Shown here piece by piece: positions 54,196 through 64,000 of a stretch of 64,000 bases of DNA; position 1 is the first letter of the stretch, and each line of letters starts with the position of its first letter. The notes beneath the pieces were generated by a model. It did not search any database and was not told where the DNA came from. It was given only the letters and a program-made list of their open reading frames with translations. The DNA is from Octopus vulgaris (Eukaryota), in the NCBI GenBank assembly GCA_951406725.2, contig OX597816.1:156550001-156614000 (forward strand). The letters are read 5' to 3'. Both the position numbers and the translations under genes were made by a program.

Positions 54196-55300
54196 CTCTC
54201 TTTCCCATAAACAATCGTGAGCATGAAAGAAATGTAGAAGGAAATGAAATATCACAAGACAGTATAAAAGGGAAAAGAATGAGAATTCAAACACTTAATA
54301 TGAATATTTTTGAAGAAAGTAAAAACCTTCGGAAATTTAGTTTGCAAAACATGAGGAAATATGAGAGGAGGACAAGAGAACAAGAAGGCTACAAGGATAG
54401 GGGAAAGGACATGGGCCGAAAATTGGAATCTTAAAAATGTAATGCAAAAATGTATTTAGTATGGCATAACAGTGTCACATAGCGGTTGGCTCCTGAGTAA
54501 TACCAGGTAACCCTGATATGTATGTGTGCGTGTATGTGTGCGTGTGTGAGTGTATGTGTGTGTGTGTGTGAGTGTGTGTGTGTATGTGTGTGTGTATGTG
54601 TGTGTGTGAGTGTGTGTGTGCGAGAACGTGTGTGTGTATGTGTATATATGTGTGTACATTCTATGTTTTAAATACCAGATGTTACAATTCTGCAAATGAA
54701 AAACTTTTCAAAATTGCGATTGCTTATCATTTTCTTTGTCCTGCTTAATTTTAAAGTTATATACGGTAACTATTTTAATGAACCGGATCTTTTGGGGGTT
54801 TTTTTTCAGAAGTATATGTTTCAAACATAAGAGATCGTGATTTCACACAAAAATTAGAGCTAGCGTTGGGGGTTGGGTTTAAGATTTAATAATAGTGTTA
54901 GTATTGTAGTTTAGATTTTAGGGATCTTGAGTTAAGTTTTAAGGTAAGAGCTGAGGGTTAGTCTTTAATAATAGGGTTTCGTGTTAGCTTTTAAGGATTA
55001 CAATTTCGAGTTAGGTTAAGGGTTAGTTTAAACAGAAATTGTAAAGCAATTAAAGAGATTTGAATTTGTGTATAAATTTTTACAGAATTGAACTTGAATA
55101 TGTTTGGAATATGGATATCAAACTATATTCTTTAAAGAAGAAAATAAAAAGGCCAACAAAGTGTTCTTAGTCCCAAATTTCGGCGAGTAAATTTTGGTTT
55201 ATGTTTCTTTTGAACATATTAACAGTAGCTTCGCGAAGCTACTGTTAATTCTGTTAATTCTCTGAGTTATTTACACGGGCAACGCCGGGTATTTCAACTA

Positions 55301-55344
<44 letters not shown>

Positions 55345-55690
55345 CGATAGATAGATATACCTACAAATAAAGCAAGATTTATTCGTGATCAGAGTTGTTA
55401 AAAAACCGAGGTTCTATTGTATATATATAAGTCAAAGATTAAAGTACGGGAAACAAAAATACATCTGCCCACCTTGCCACGATGCCAGTTATAACTCATA
55501 CTTCTTGAATATAAAAGAATTTAACAGTTCATCCATATATACAATAATGGAATAACAATACTTCAATAATGGAATAACATGGCTATATACTTTTAATGTG
55601 CTCGTACAATCGTACAAGTACATTATACGTACGCAGGTGTAAAATGCCCTCTATCTATCTATTTCTCTCTCTCTCTCTCCCTATATATAT

Positions 55691-55747
<57 letters not shown>

Positions 55748-55892
55748 AAGGAAATGGAGATATAATTACTCTGTAAAAGCAGCTGCTAAAGAGTAACACA
55801 AGTCATTAATAAACTGACATAAATCTCACCGTTTCTTATTGTTTTCCTTTGTTTAGCATTTCCATTCGTTCCAACGTACACGATTACATATT

Positions 55893-55896
<4 letters not shown>

Positions 55897-55924
<28 letters not shown>

Positions 55925-56024
55925 TGTATGTATGTATGTATGTATGTATGTATGTATGTATGTATGTATCTATGTACGTATGTATGTATGTATGTATGTA
56001 TGTATGTATGTATGTATGTATGTA
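55897..56024. repeat. (TATG)n microsatellite
   Basis: Directly visible. Confidence 0.98.
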
Positions 56025-56759
56025 TATTTGTGTGTATGTAAGTTCTCTTCCGTTTGTCATTTGAATTCTTCCACAGAAAAATAATCTAGTGTCTAACACA
56101 GATATACTGCTCTGTCATTGGTATATAGATAACAGATAAAATGCCACATTTTAAACTTAGTAAAGTCTTCCATAGTTTTTCTGTTCCACTTACAGATAAC
56201 AATATAACTTTGGATAACAATATTTATGGTATACAAGTTACTAGCTTATCCAGATTGTCACTTAGGCATTTACACAAAAGCCTATATGCACTAACTATAA
56301 TTGGTACAAATACGAATTTTCACCTTGAATATTGAAACTAGATGTTTAGTAGGAGCTGCCCACAATCTTCCTGTTTCTCTTTGATTTTCAGTGATATTCA
56401 CATGAGCAGAGCAGCTAACCTCTATGGACATGCTTACACTTTCTTGTCTGTCCCAAACAACATAGACGTCCTATTAGTTTCTTGTATGAGGTTGTGTATG
56501 TATGTATATATGTATGTATAATAATCAGAAAAGTACTGACCACCACTGGCAAATTTCACATTAACAGCGACACTGATAGAATTTATGTGAGACAAAGTAA
56601 TGGTGGTAGAGACATAAGGTAATTTCGAAAAGCATTTTATCACTTAGACAATACCCGCCGAACAGTAAAAAAATTAATAAGTACATTCCATGCACACTCA
56701 AAAGTGAGAGCAAAATCTTCAAAGTTGGAGAAGCTCTACTGTGCCGTTACTCTGAGAAT

Positions 56760-57622
56760 ACAACTGTCTCATGCAACCCACAGGAAGCTGGACTGTCTTA
56801 CCTAAACAGAAACCTGGAGAAAAAGTAGACATCATGCCAATAAAAGGAATGCATGCCTACATATTTCGCAAGTTAGAGGACAACAACAGCATTGATTGAT
56901 AGAATAGCCTCTGCTGGACCTGTAATAGAGACATTCTGTTCTACCTACAAGAATATGTATTCGCTATCCAGGAACAAGTGATAGCTACTAAATACTTGAT
57001 AAACAAGTGAGAGAGACAGAGGAAGAAACCACGAAATCTCCATGTTGTGATAAACAAAAATGTCAGGTCTGCTGTACTAGCGTGGAAGATATGAGCGACG
57101 TCATCAGCAGCTACTCTAAAATGTGTACGAGATCATAGCTGCCCCGAGGCATGGTATAGTTGCAATGAATATTTGCAAAGCTATCCGGATGAAGGATTAC
57201 TCTGACTTATACATGAAATGTATGTCAGAACCGGCAGGTAATAACACTTTAAAAAACAAAGAATACTTGTGGAACACCCCAATAAAAACAGGAGAACCTA
57301 CAGATCTAATATTGTTCCGTTGAACAGGGAACAAAAGTCATGCATGTTTTAGATATCAGCCGCCCAAAAGATGTGAATTTACAATCAAACGTCCAGAAAA
57401 AAGAGAACATTTATGGCTAATTACTGCGGAACCTACGTCGCTTGTGCTCTGCCTATGGATTCTTATTTTACCTATCATCATAAGTGCATTAGGTGATGTA
57501 CCAAAACCTAGAATTACTCGATTTCACCGAGAAAGAGCAAAAGAAACTAACGCGGATTTTACAAATCGAATCTATTAGTGGTACAGTGAAAATTTGTAGG
57601 ACATTCAAAAATCTCCATATGA
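56760..57622 (+). mobile_element. Decayed RLE non-LTR retrotransposon 3' region (distinct subfamily)
   Basis: EYVFAIQEQVIATKYL (about 56950), CQVCCTSVEDMSDVISSYSKM (CCHC remnant), RHGIVA, EYLWNTPIKT, DISRPKDVN...EKENIYG, LPIIISALG. Confidence 0.8.
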
Positions 57623-57626
57623 GATT

Positions 57627-57726
57627 NNNNNNNNNNNNNNNNNNNNNNNNNNNNNNNNNNNNNNNNNNNNNNNNNNNNNNNNNNNNNNNNNNNNNNNNNN
57701 NNNNNNNNNNNNNNNNNNNNNNNNNN
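57627..57726. other. Assembly gap (100 N)
   Basis: Run of N. Confidence 1.
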
Positions 57727-58020
57727 ACGTGACCGACAAGACCATCAGATGTTGCTACACATCGCTGGTCACAATGCGTTCGCATTGTTTTAGCCTTCGA
57801 ATAACGCCACCCCGCTGGCTAAGCGAGCAGGCCAACAGCAGAAAGAGTGAGAGAAATGGTGGTGAAAGAGTACAGCAGGGATCACCACGCCCCGGTGGAG
57901 CTTCGCGGAGCTTTTAGGTGTTTTGGCTCAATAAACACTCACAACACGCGGTCTGGGAATCGAAACCGCGATCTTACAACCGCGAGTCCGCTGCCCTAAC
58001 CACAAGGCCATTGCGCCTCC

Positions 58021-58022
<2 letters not shown>
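57727..58022 (-). mobile_element. SINE family C (tRNA-derived)
   Basis: Minus strand GGAGGCGCAATGGCCTTGTGGTTAGGGCAGCGGACTCGCGG...GGTTTCGATTCCCAGAC (A and B boxes). Near-identical to 60891-61174. Confidence 0.92.
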
Positions 58023-58106
<84 letters not shown>

Positions 58107-58565
58107 GTGTGTATATATATATATATATGTGTGTATATATATATATATATATAATAATAGTTATCGCCATACTAATATGGCATTCTTATAAAAATAAGAA
58201 AAAAGCTGTCCGCTTATTAGCTCCATGAGGCCATCGCCTTAAGTTAGCTATTTGATACACAAACTGTATCCATATAACCTTCGAACAAGGTTATATGGAT
58301 ACAGTTTGTGTATCAAATAGCTAACTTAAGGCGATGGCCTCATGGAGCTAATAAGCGAACACCTTTTTTCTTATTTTTATAAGAATGCCATATTAGTATG
58401 GCGATAACTATTATTTTCCGGGAACGCTGCCGCTGTTCTCTTTTAGAGAGACTTAGTTATTTTAATATTTCTATTATTGAAAACAAGTGGATGTATTCCA
58501 CCGAAACTAGGTAAATAAAACCATCGAACAGAGATTGTCGGAAGCGATACCTACTGGCTGGCTAC

Positions 58566-58607
58566 GCTGCATTGAAAAGGGGCAATACCCCGAAACGCGT
58601 CTGTAGC
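58566..58607 (+). ncRNA. Minimal type I hammerhead ribozyme, U3-A8 core (copy 1)
   Basis: gctgca-TTGAAAA-gggg-caata-cccc-GAAA-cgcg-TC-tgtagc. Stem I extends via tggctggc/gccggtca and ctac/gtag. GUC triplet. Confidence 0.82.
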
Positions 58608-58927
58608 TGCCGGTCAAGTAGTGTGGAGCGACTGACCTCCCTTGTTCGAAGGTTATATGGATACAGTTTGTGTATCAAATAGCTAACTTAAGGCGATGGC
58701 CTCATGGAGCTAATAAGCGGACAGCTTTTTTCTTATTTTTATAAGAATGCCATATTAGTATGGCGATAACTATTATTTTCCGGGAACGCTGCCGCTGTTC
58801 TCTTTTAGAGAGACTTAGTTATTTTAATATTTCTATTATTGAAAACAAGTGGATGTATTCCACCGAAACTAGGTAAATAAAACCATCGAACAGAGATTGT
58901 CGGAAGCGACACCTACTGGCTGGCTAC

Positions 58928-58969
58928 GCTGCATTGAAAAGGGGCAATACCCCGAAACGCGTCTGTAGC
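58928..58969 (+). ncRNA. Minimal type I hammerhead ribozyme, U3-A8 core (copy 2)
   Basis: Identical motif 362 bp downstream of copy 1. Confidence 0.82.
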
Positions 58970-59199
58970 TGCCGGTCAAGTAGTGTGGAGCGACTGACCT
59001 CCCTTGTTCGAAGGTTATATGGATACAGTTTGTGTATCAAATAGCTAACTTAAGGCGATGGCCTCATGGAGCTAATAAGCGGACAGCTTTTTTCTTATTT
59101 TTATAAGAATGCCATATTAGTATGGCGATAACTATTATTTTCCGGGAACGCTGCCGCTGTTCTCTTTTAGAGAGACTTAGTTATTTTAATATTTCTATT

Positions 59200-59285
59200 A
59201 TATATATATGTATATATATGTATATGTATATGTATATATATATGTATATATATATATATGTATATATATGTATATATATGTATAT

Positions 59286-59365
<80 letters not shown>
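59200..59365. repeat. (TA)n/(TATATG)n microsatellite
   Basis: Directly visible. Confidence 0.97.
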
Positions 59366-59368
<3 letters not shown>

Positions 59369-59456
59369 CCTTGGATGTATTTTCAAGGTGATGCCAACAT
59401 CATTCGGACAGTGCTGATGGAATATTTTCCACATCATACAGATAATGTAGCGTTAT
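59366..59456 (-). repeat. Inverted duplicate of the 5' about 90 bp of the adjacent LINE fragment
   Basis: Reverse complement of 59551-59649, apart from an 8-bp duplication and one substitution. Confidence 0.93.
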
Positions 59457-59550
59457 ATATATGTATATATATATATAATGGCGGTGCCCCAGCATGGCCA
59501 CAGCTCATTAGCTGAAACTGGAAAAATCAAAATTAAAATCAAATATATAT

Positions 59551-59995
59551 ATAACGCTACATTATCTGATTATCTGTATGATGTGGAAAATATTCCATCA
59601 GCACTGTCCGAATGATGTTGGCATCACCATGAAAATACATCCAAGGCTTGGACCACGTGCCATCCGTCCACAACAAAAATCTAAATCGCATCACATAACG
59701 ACAATACGGCACAACTATTTCACCTCAATTGGACCCGCTCTCTTCAACATTACACCAGGACACGTCAAAAAAGAAACTGACCACACAAAATTCAAGAAGT
59801 CTTTAGACAAATTCCTTCAAACAGTCTCGGACAAACCACCCACTACCGGATATATCTCCGCAAACAATAACTCTCTGCTCGAATGGGCCTTGGTGCCCAA
59901 ATCCTGAATTGAAGGACTTCGCCAGGTGGTGCTATTAAGTTAGATATGACCTGGGCCAATACTGGCCAAAACCTTTCTAAGTTATTCTAAGTTAT
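59551..59995 (+). mobile_element. CR1-group LINE 3' end
   Basis: [13 protein letters not shown]...HPRLG...NYFTSIGPALFNITP...FKKSLDKFLQTVSDKP...GY...NNSLLEW, followed by a short 3' UTR ending in TTCTAAGTTA repeats. Confidence 0.8.
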
Positions 59996-59996
59996 A

Positions 59997-60031
<35 letters not shown>

Positions 60032-60036
<5 letters not shown>

Positions 60037-60235
60037 TAATCCAAACATGAAAACACAAAAGAGAAAACACAACAATGCGAGGACGTGGAACAAATATAGT
60101 ATTATTGGACGCTCAGGAAGGAAGGGAAGAAGGAGGGTTTAACGTTTTGAGCGGAGCTCTTCGTCGGAAACATAGGAGAAGGAAAGATCCAGAGAAGGGA
60201 AGACAGAGGGAAAAAATCGCCAATGGTACACACAG
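60032..60235 (-). mobile_element. Penelope-like pLTR fragment with a mutated minimal hammerhead (60137-60171)
   Basis: Minus strand gttt-CCGACGA-a-gagc-tcc-gctc-AAAA-cg-TT-aaac, adjacent to (TA)n. Confidence 0.6.
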
Positions 60236-60302
60236 GTAAAAACGGTAAGATAACAAAAGAAAGAAACAGACCTCAATATTATGTAAATAGAGGAAATTTA
60301 TC

Positions 60303-60499
60303 TGTAAAATAATATGTCACAATTATTTGGTAGCCAAGATAAAACTCTGAGTTTCGGATGCCGAGGTGGAAATCCACACCACCATCTCTTTGGTTATTAG
60401 ATGGTCAGATGACCGAAGAGTTGGTGGTGTGGATTTCCGCCTCGGCATCCGAAACTCAGAGTTTTATCTTGGCTACCGAATAATTGTCACATATTATTT

Positions 60500-60503
<4 letters not shown>
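60303..60503. repeat. Imperfect inverted repeat with arms of about 95 bp (probable pLTR fold-back)
   Basis: 60303-60397 pairs with 60409-60503. It contains CCGAAGAG...CATCCGAAACTCAGAGTT. Confidence 0.9.
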
Positions 60504-60544
<41 letters not shown>

Positions 60545-60742
60545 TGTGTGTGTGTTATTTTTGTCATATTACAATATATGTAAATTACTACAAACGAATT
60601 GATAATGCATTAATCGCTTTGTGTATTCCTTTGTCCTTTGTCTATTTTATACAACTTCTAAAAGTCCTTGGATACACACTGGAAATATGCAACTGCTTTG
60701 TCTAACTTCGCAATCGCACGATGGTGACTACATGCATATATA

Positions 60743-60862
60743 CGAGAGTGTACAGAAAAGTACCTGGCTTTCAGTAAAAGAAAATCGAAGAGAATCAGTT
60801 AATTATGATTTTATTCAACATACTCCCCTCTCAGACTCATGCACTTATCGCAGCAGTCCTTC
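60743..60862 (-). mobile_element. Mariner 3' end (transposase C-terminus plus TIR)
   Basis: The minus strand encodes DKCMSLRGEYVE*. The end reads TA|CGAGAGTGTACAGAAAAGTACCTGGC on the plus strand. Confidence 0.75.
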
Positions 60863-60890
60863 GGAAGGATATATATATATATATATATAT

Positions 60891-61170
60891 CGTGATCCCA
60901 TGACCGACCAGACCATCAGATGTTGCTGCACATCGCTGGTCACAATGCGTTCGCATTGTTTTTAGCCTTCGAATGAGCAGACCAACAGAAGAAAGAGTGA
61001 GAGAAAGGGTGGTGAAAGAGTACAGCAGGGATCACCACCACCTGCCGGAGTTTCGTGGAGCTTTTTAGGCGTTTTCGCTCAATAAACACACACACCGCCC
61101 GGTCTGGGAATCGAAACCGCGATCCTACAACCGCGAGTCCGCTGCCTTAGCCACTGGGCCATTTGCGCCT

Positions 61171-61174
<4 letters not shown>
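60891..61174 (-). mobile_element. SINE family C
   Basis: Near-identical to 57727-58022. Confidence 0.92.
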
Positions 61175-61204
<30 letters not shown>

Positions 61205-61329
61205 TTTTTTTTGTGTGCGTGTGTGTGTGTGTGCGTGTGCGCGCGTGTTGCGTGTGTGCATGTTTGTGTATGTCTGAGTATGTACGTTCGTGTGCGTGTT
61301 TGTGCCTGAGCGCGTACGTATGCATGTAC

Positions 61330-61397
<68 letters not shown>
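61330..61397. repeat. (GATA)n microsatellite
   Basis: Directly visible. Confidence 0.98.
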
Positions 61398-61399
<2 letters not shown>

Positions 61400-62027
61400 A
61401 CATATGGATACTCACGAATGCATGTGCACGCTTATGTAGAATTTGTGCATTATTTTATGTGAATATCTGTGAATTACTTTATGATATTTTTAGATGAATC
61501 TGGGATCTATCCTGAACGTAGGAGTTGGTTTTACGAGAAGAATGAAAGTAAATAGAAAAAGCGACAAACTCTCAACTATGCATAAAAGCTGCTCCAATAA
61601 AATAAAAAAAAAACAAAGAAATGTTTTGCAACAGAAAATATACAGAACGATAAGTTTATATTGGATACAAAATTTACAATAGAAAATAGGATAATTCTAT
61701 GGAACATAAAAATAATATATAAAAGATGAAAATAATGTTAAAATAAAAAGGAAATAACAGCATCAAAAATACATTTGGCATTAAGATCCATTCCAGAAAG
61801 TTCACAAGGAATTGTTCTGTAAAGAAAAGAAACGACAATTATTGAAACACCTACTTCAAATACGATTCTTGCGGAGATAAAGTATTCCTATGCAGAAGTG
61901 CTAGATTTAAATTATGTTTGTTTTCTGGAATTTATATTAATGTAGAGATAATAAAGATACAGATATATCTGATATTGTTTTGCTATACATACATACATGC
62001 ATGCATACATTTATAATCACACGCACG

Positions 62028-62073
<46 letters not shown>

Positions 62074-62212
62074 CATATATATATATATACATATATACAT
62101 ACACATCTCCTACATATTTATCAATATTCCCAGAAACATACGTATGCATAGGTATCTCTCTCTCTCGCTCTCTCTCGCTCTCTCTCTCTCTCTCGCTCTC
62201 TCTCGCTCTCTG

Positions 62213-62243
<31 letters not shown>

Positions 62244-62244
62244 G

Positions 62245-62330
<86 letters not shown>

Positions 62331-62390
62331 TATATATGCATGTATATAAATATATATATATATATATATACATGCATATATATATACACG
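62028..62390. repeat. (CA)n(CT)n(TA)n compound microsatellite
   Basis: Directly visible. Confidence 0.95.
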
Positions 62391-62791
62391 TACCCGCCCA
62401 CAAGCAAATTTGCAGATTCTCTAACGCAACGGACAGGAGGCTACGCAGTATTGCTTCCGATCCTCTGTGCTTCCGAATCTATGTGAATGCAATTCTTGCT
62501 GCATTCCGATTTCGTTTTTATCCTTTCGGATTCGATAATAATGTATGAAAGCAAGATAATAGATTCGTAAACCGCACGTTTGCCTTGTGGTGTTTGCTCC
62601 ATCCGTCTGCTGTTGAGTTCAAATCTATATAGATTCAACCGGTTCTTTTCTTAAATGCCATTATCTATTTTAGAGACACTATAGCAGAGATTATTCTTCT
62701 GCAATTATGCAAGCTAGTTTTCAGGTTTGAAAATAACTTGCTTACTTTCTCGCACTAGTTACACAAACGCTGACCTGTGGAGTAAGTTACT

Positions 62792-63076
62792 GGGATCTTT
62801 TCGCTTTGACCGGCAGATTTTTAAAATAATTTCTTTGTAACTAAACACTTGTTGTTGACAAAGATCCGGAGATATTGTATTCACCTCAATAGACTTCATT
62901 TATTGGTTGAAATTGCCGAAATGCAAGAAATTAAACAACAAATATCTTACAAACTACAGAATTCCTTCAAGAAAGCCAAGAGAAAAAGATGTTTTATAAA
63001 CACATTCTACGAAGTTTAAAAGTGTTTAGTTACAAAGAAATTATTAAAAACATCTGCCGGTCAAAGCGAAAGATCC
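62792..63076. mobile_element. MITE with TIRs of about 58 bp
   Basis: GGGATCTTTTCGCTTTGACCGGCAGAT...TAACTAAACACTT and its reverse complement at 63020-63076. Flanking direct repeat AGTTACT at 62785-62791 and 63077-63083. Confidence 0.9.
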
Positions 63077-63867
63077 AGTTACTGAGTGTTTAAATAAGAC
63101 TAAGGAACTAAACCTCTGCAGAAACTAAATGCGCAAACCTAAATGCAGATATCTACGACTATATCTAACCAAAATCTAGCAACACCTGCATTTCCATGGG
63201 ACCTGCTAAATTATTGATTATATTTCTTTTGTTGCTTATCTGTGAGTGAAGAGGTGATTAGTGTATTTGCTGCTAGGCACCGGCTTCTAGAGATAGCAAC
63301 AACACAGAGATGTAATGAAGCTGCTGTCTCTGCAATATCGATGACCAACTACGAAAAAAGGAAAACCTGTATAAAATGCTTGCAATGCATTTTTGATTCC
63401 TTTAGGAAGTGCACCGCCATTATGCGTATAATTAGTGTATTGAGAATAGATGGTTGCAGTTAGTATCTATAATTCGATATTTTGACATAGTGGTCGAACA
63501 GAACTGAATTTGCTTGACCTTAGGTACCAAAATATGTGCACTGGCACACCGCAGAAACTATAAATGGTGATCTTACCAGGAAATTTATGTATTGATATTT
63601 TAGGCAAAGTATATGGAAAAGATTAAGCTCAATAGATGAGATTTGTACACTGTCCAAGTTACCGCACAGAGCAAATAGTTACGCAAGATGATATTGGCGT
63701 CAATTTAAAATTCGAGCTATCTTATCTTCAACGAATCTATGTCGTAGTTTCCGAAAGCTACACTCGCGTTGCATGAGAGCACGTTGGCAATAATATAGGC
63801 AAATGAGAATACTGTACTCCTAGAATATTCTGAATTATCCCAACTTATATCTCCTTAATCACATTTA

Positions 63868-63972
63868 GGTAAAGTTAATTTCGGCAGAATTTGATCTCAG
63901 GACGTAAAGAAGAACAATATACCCCAAAGCATTTTGCCTGGTCTGCTAACGATTCTAACATCTCACCGGCTC
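63868..63972 (-). mobile_element. SINE family A head, diverged
   Basis: GGCAGAATTTGATCTCAGGACGTAAAG...GCTAACGATTCTAACATCTCACCG. Confidence 0.7.
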
Positions 63973-64000
63973 TTTTTTATATATATGATTGTCTCCTATC

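Larger units (their letters stand above)
53099..55301 (+). mobile_element. Non-autonomous Helitron carrying an OTU-domain remnant
   Basis: Candidate 5' end A|TCTTATATCTTATAACTTATAAAA. The 3' end ACACGGGCAACGCCGGGTATTTCAACTAG|T is canonical. The 5' boundary is inferred. Confidence 0.7.
58153..59200 (+). mobile_element. 362-bp tandem array (about 2.5 units) with an inverted leading partial copy; retrozyme or Penelope pLTR-like
   Basis: Units start at 58289, 58651 and 59013. 58153-58290 is the reverse complement of the unit junction and start. (TA)n lies on both sides, and each full unit has a hammerhead. Confidence 0.85.

Noticed and set aside
54860-55030. Interstitial telomere
   Set aside because: Too degenerate, and internal to a putative Helitron.
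57940-58022. tRNA gene
   Set aside because: A and B boxes are present, but the sequence runs into a multicopy SINE body and I could not build a clean cloverleaf.
58289-59200. CRISPR array or host satellite interpretation of the tandem
   Set aside because: No repeat-spacer pattern, eukaryotic context and only about 2.5 units. The ribozyme and inverted end fit a retroelement better.

Overview
AT-rich, microsatellite-dense eukaryotic DNA with no intact protein-coding gene that I can support. The SINE repertoire and simple-repeat load look like an octopus (cephalopod) genome; this is an inference. Almost all non-simple sequence is transposon-derived. It includes three main tRNA-derived SINE families (labelled A, B and C here) and about seven decayed restriction-endonuclease-type (R4/Dong-like) non-LTR fragments, mostly next to (TAA)n-type tracts. 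There are also two CR1-group LINE 3' ends, mariner and DD37D (maT) Tc1/mariner elements, three Helitron-type elements (one carrying an OTU protease remnant), a TIR MITE and several Penelope-like pseudo-LTR pieces. The most notable signal is a young 362-bp tandem array with an inverted leading copy (58153-59200), embedded in (TA)n. Each full unit carries a minimal type I hammerhead ribozyme with a compensatory U3-A8 core, which fits a retrozyme or Penelope pLTR. A second, unrelated U3-A8 hammerhead lies at 28889, and several more divergent hammerhead-like motifs and (TA)n-anchored fold-back duplications occur elsewhere. There is a 100-N assembly gap at 57627-57726. Most ORFs in the supplied track are microsatellite artefacts. 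All calls were made by eye, without database searches.
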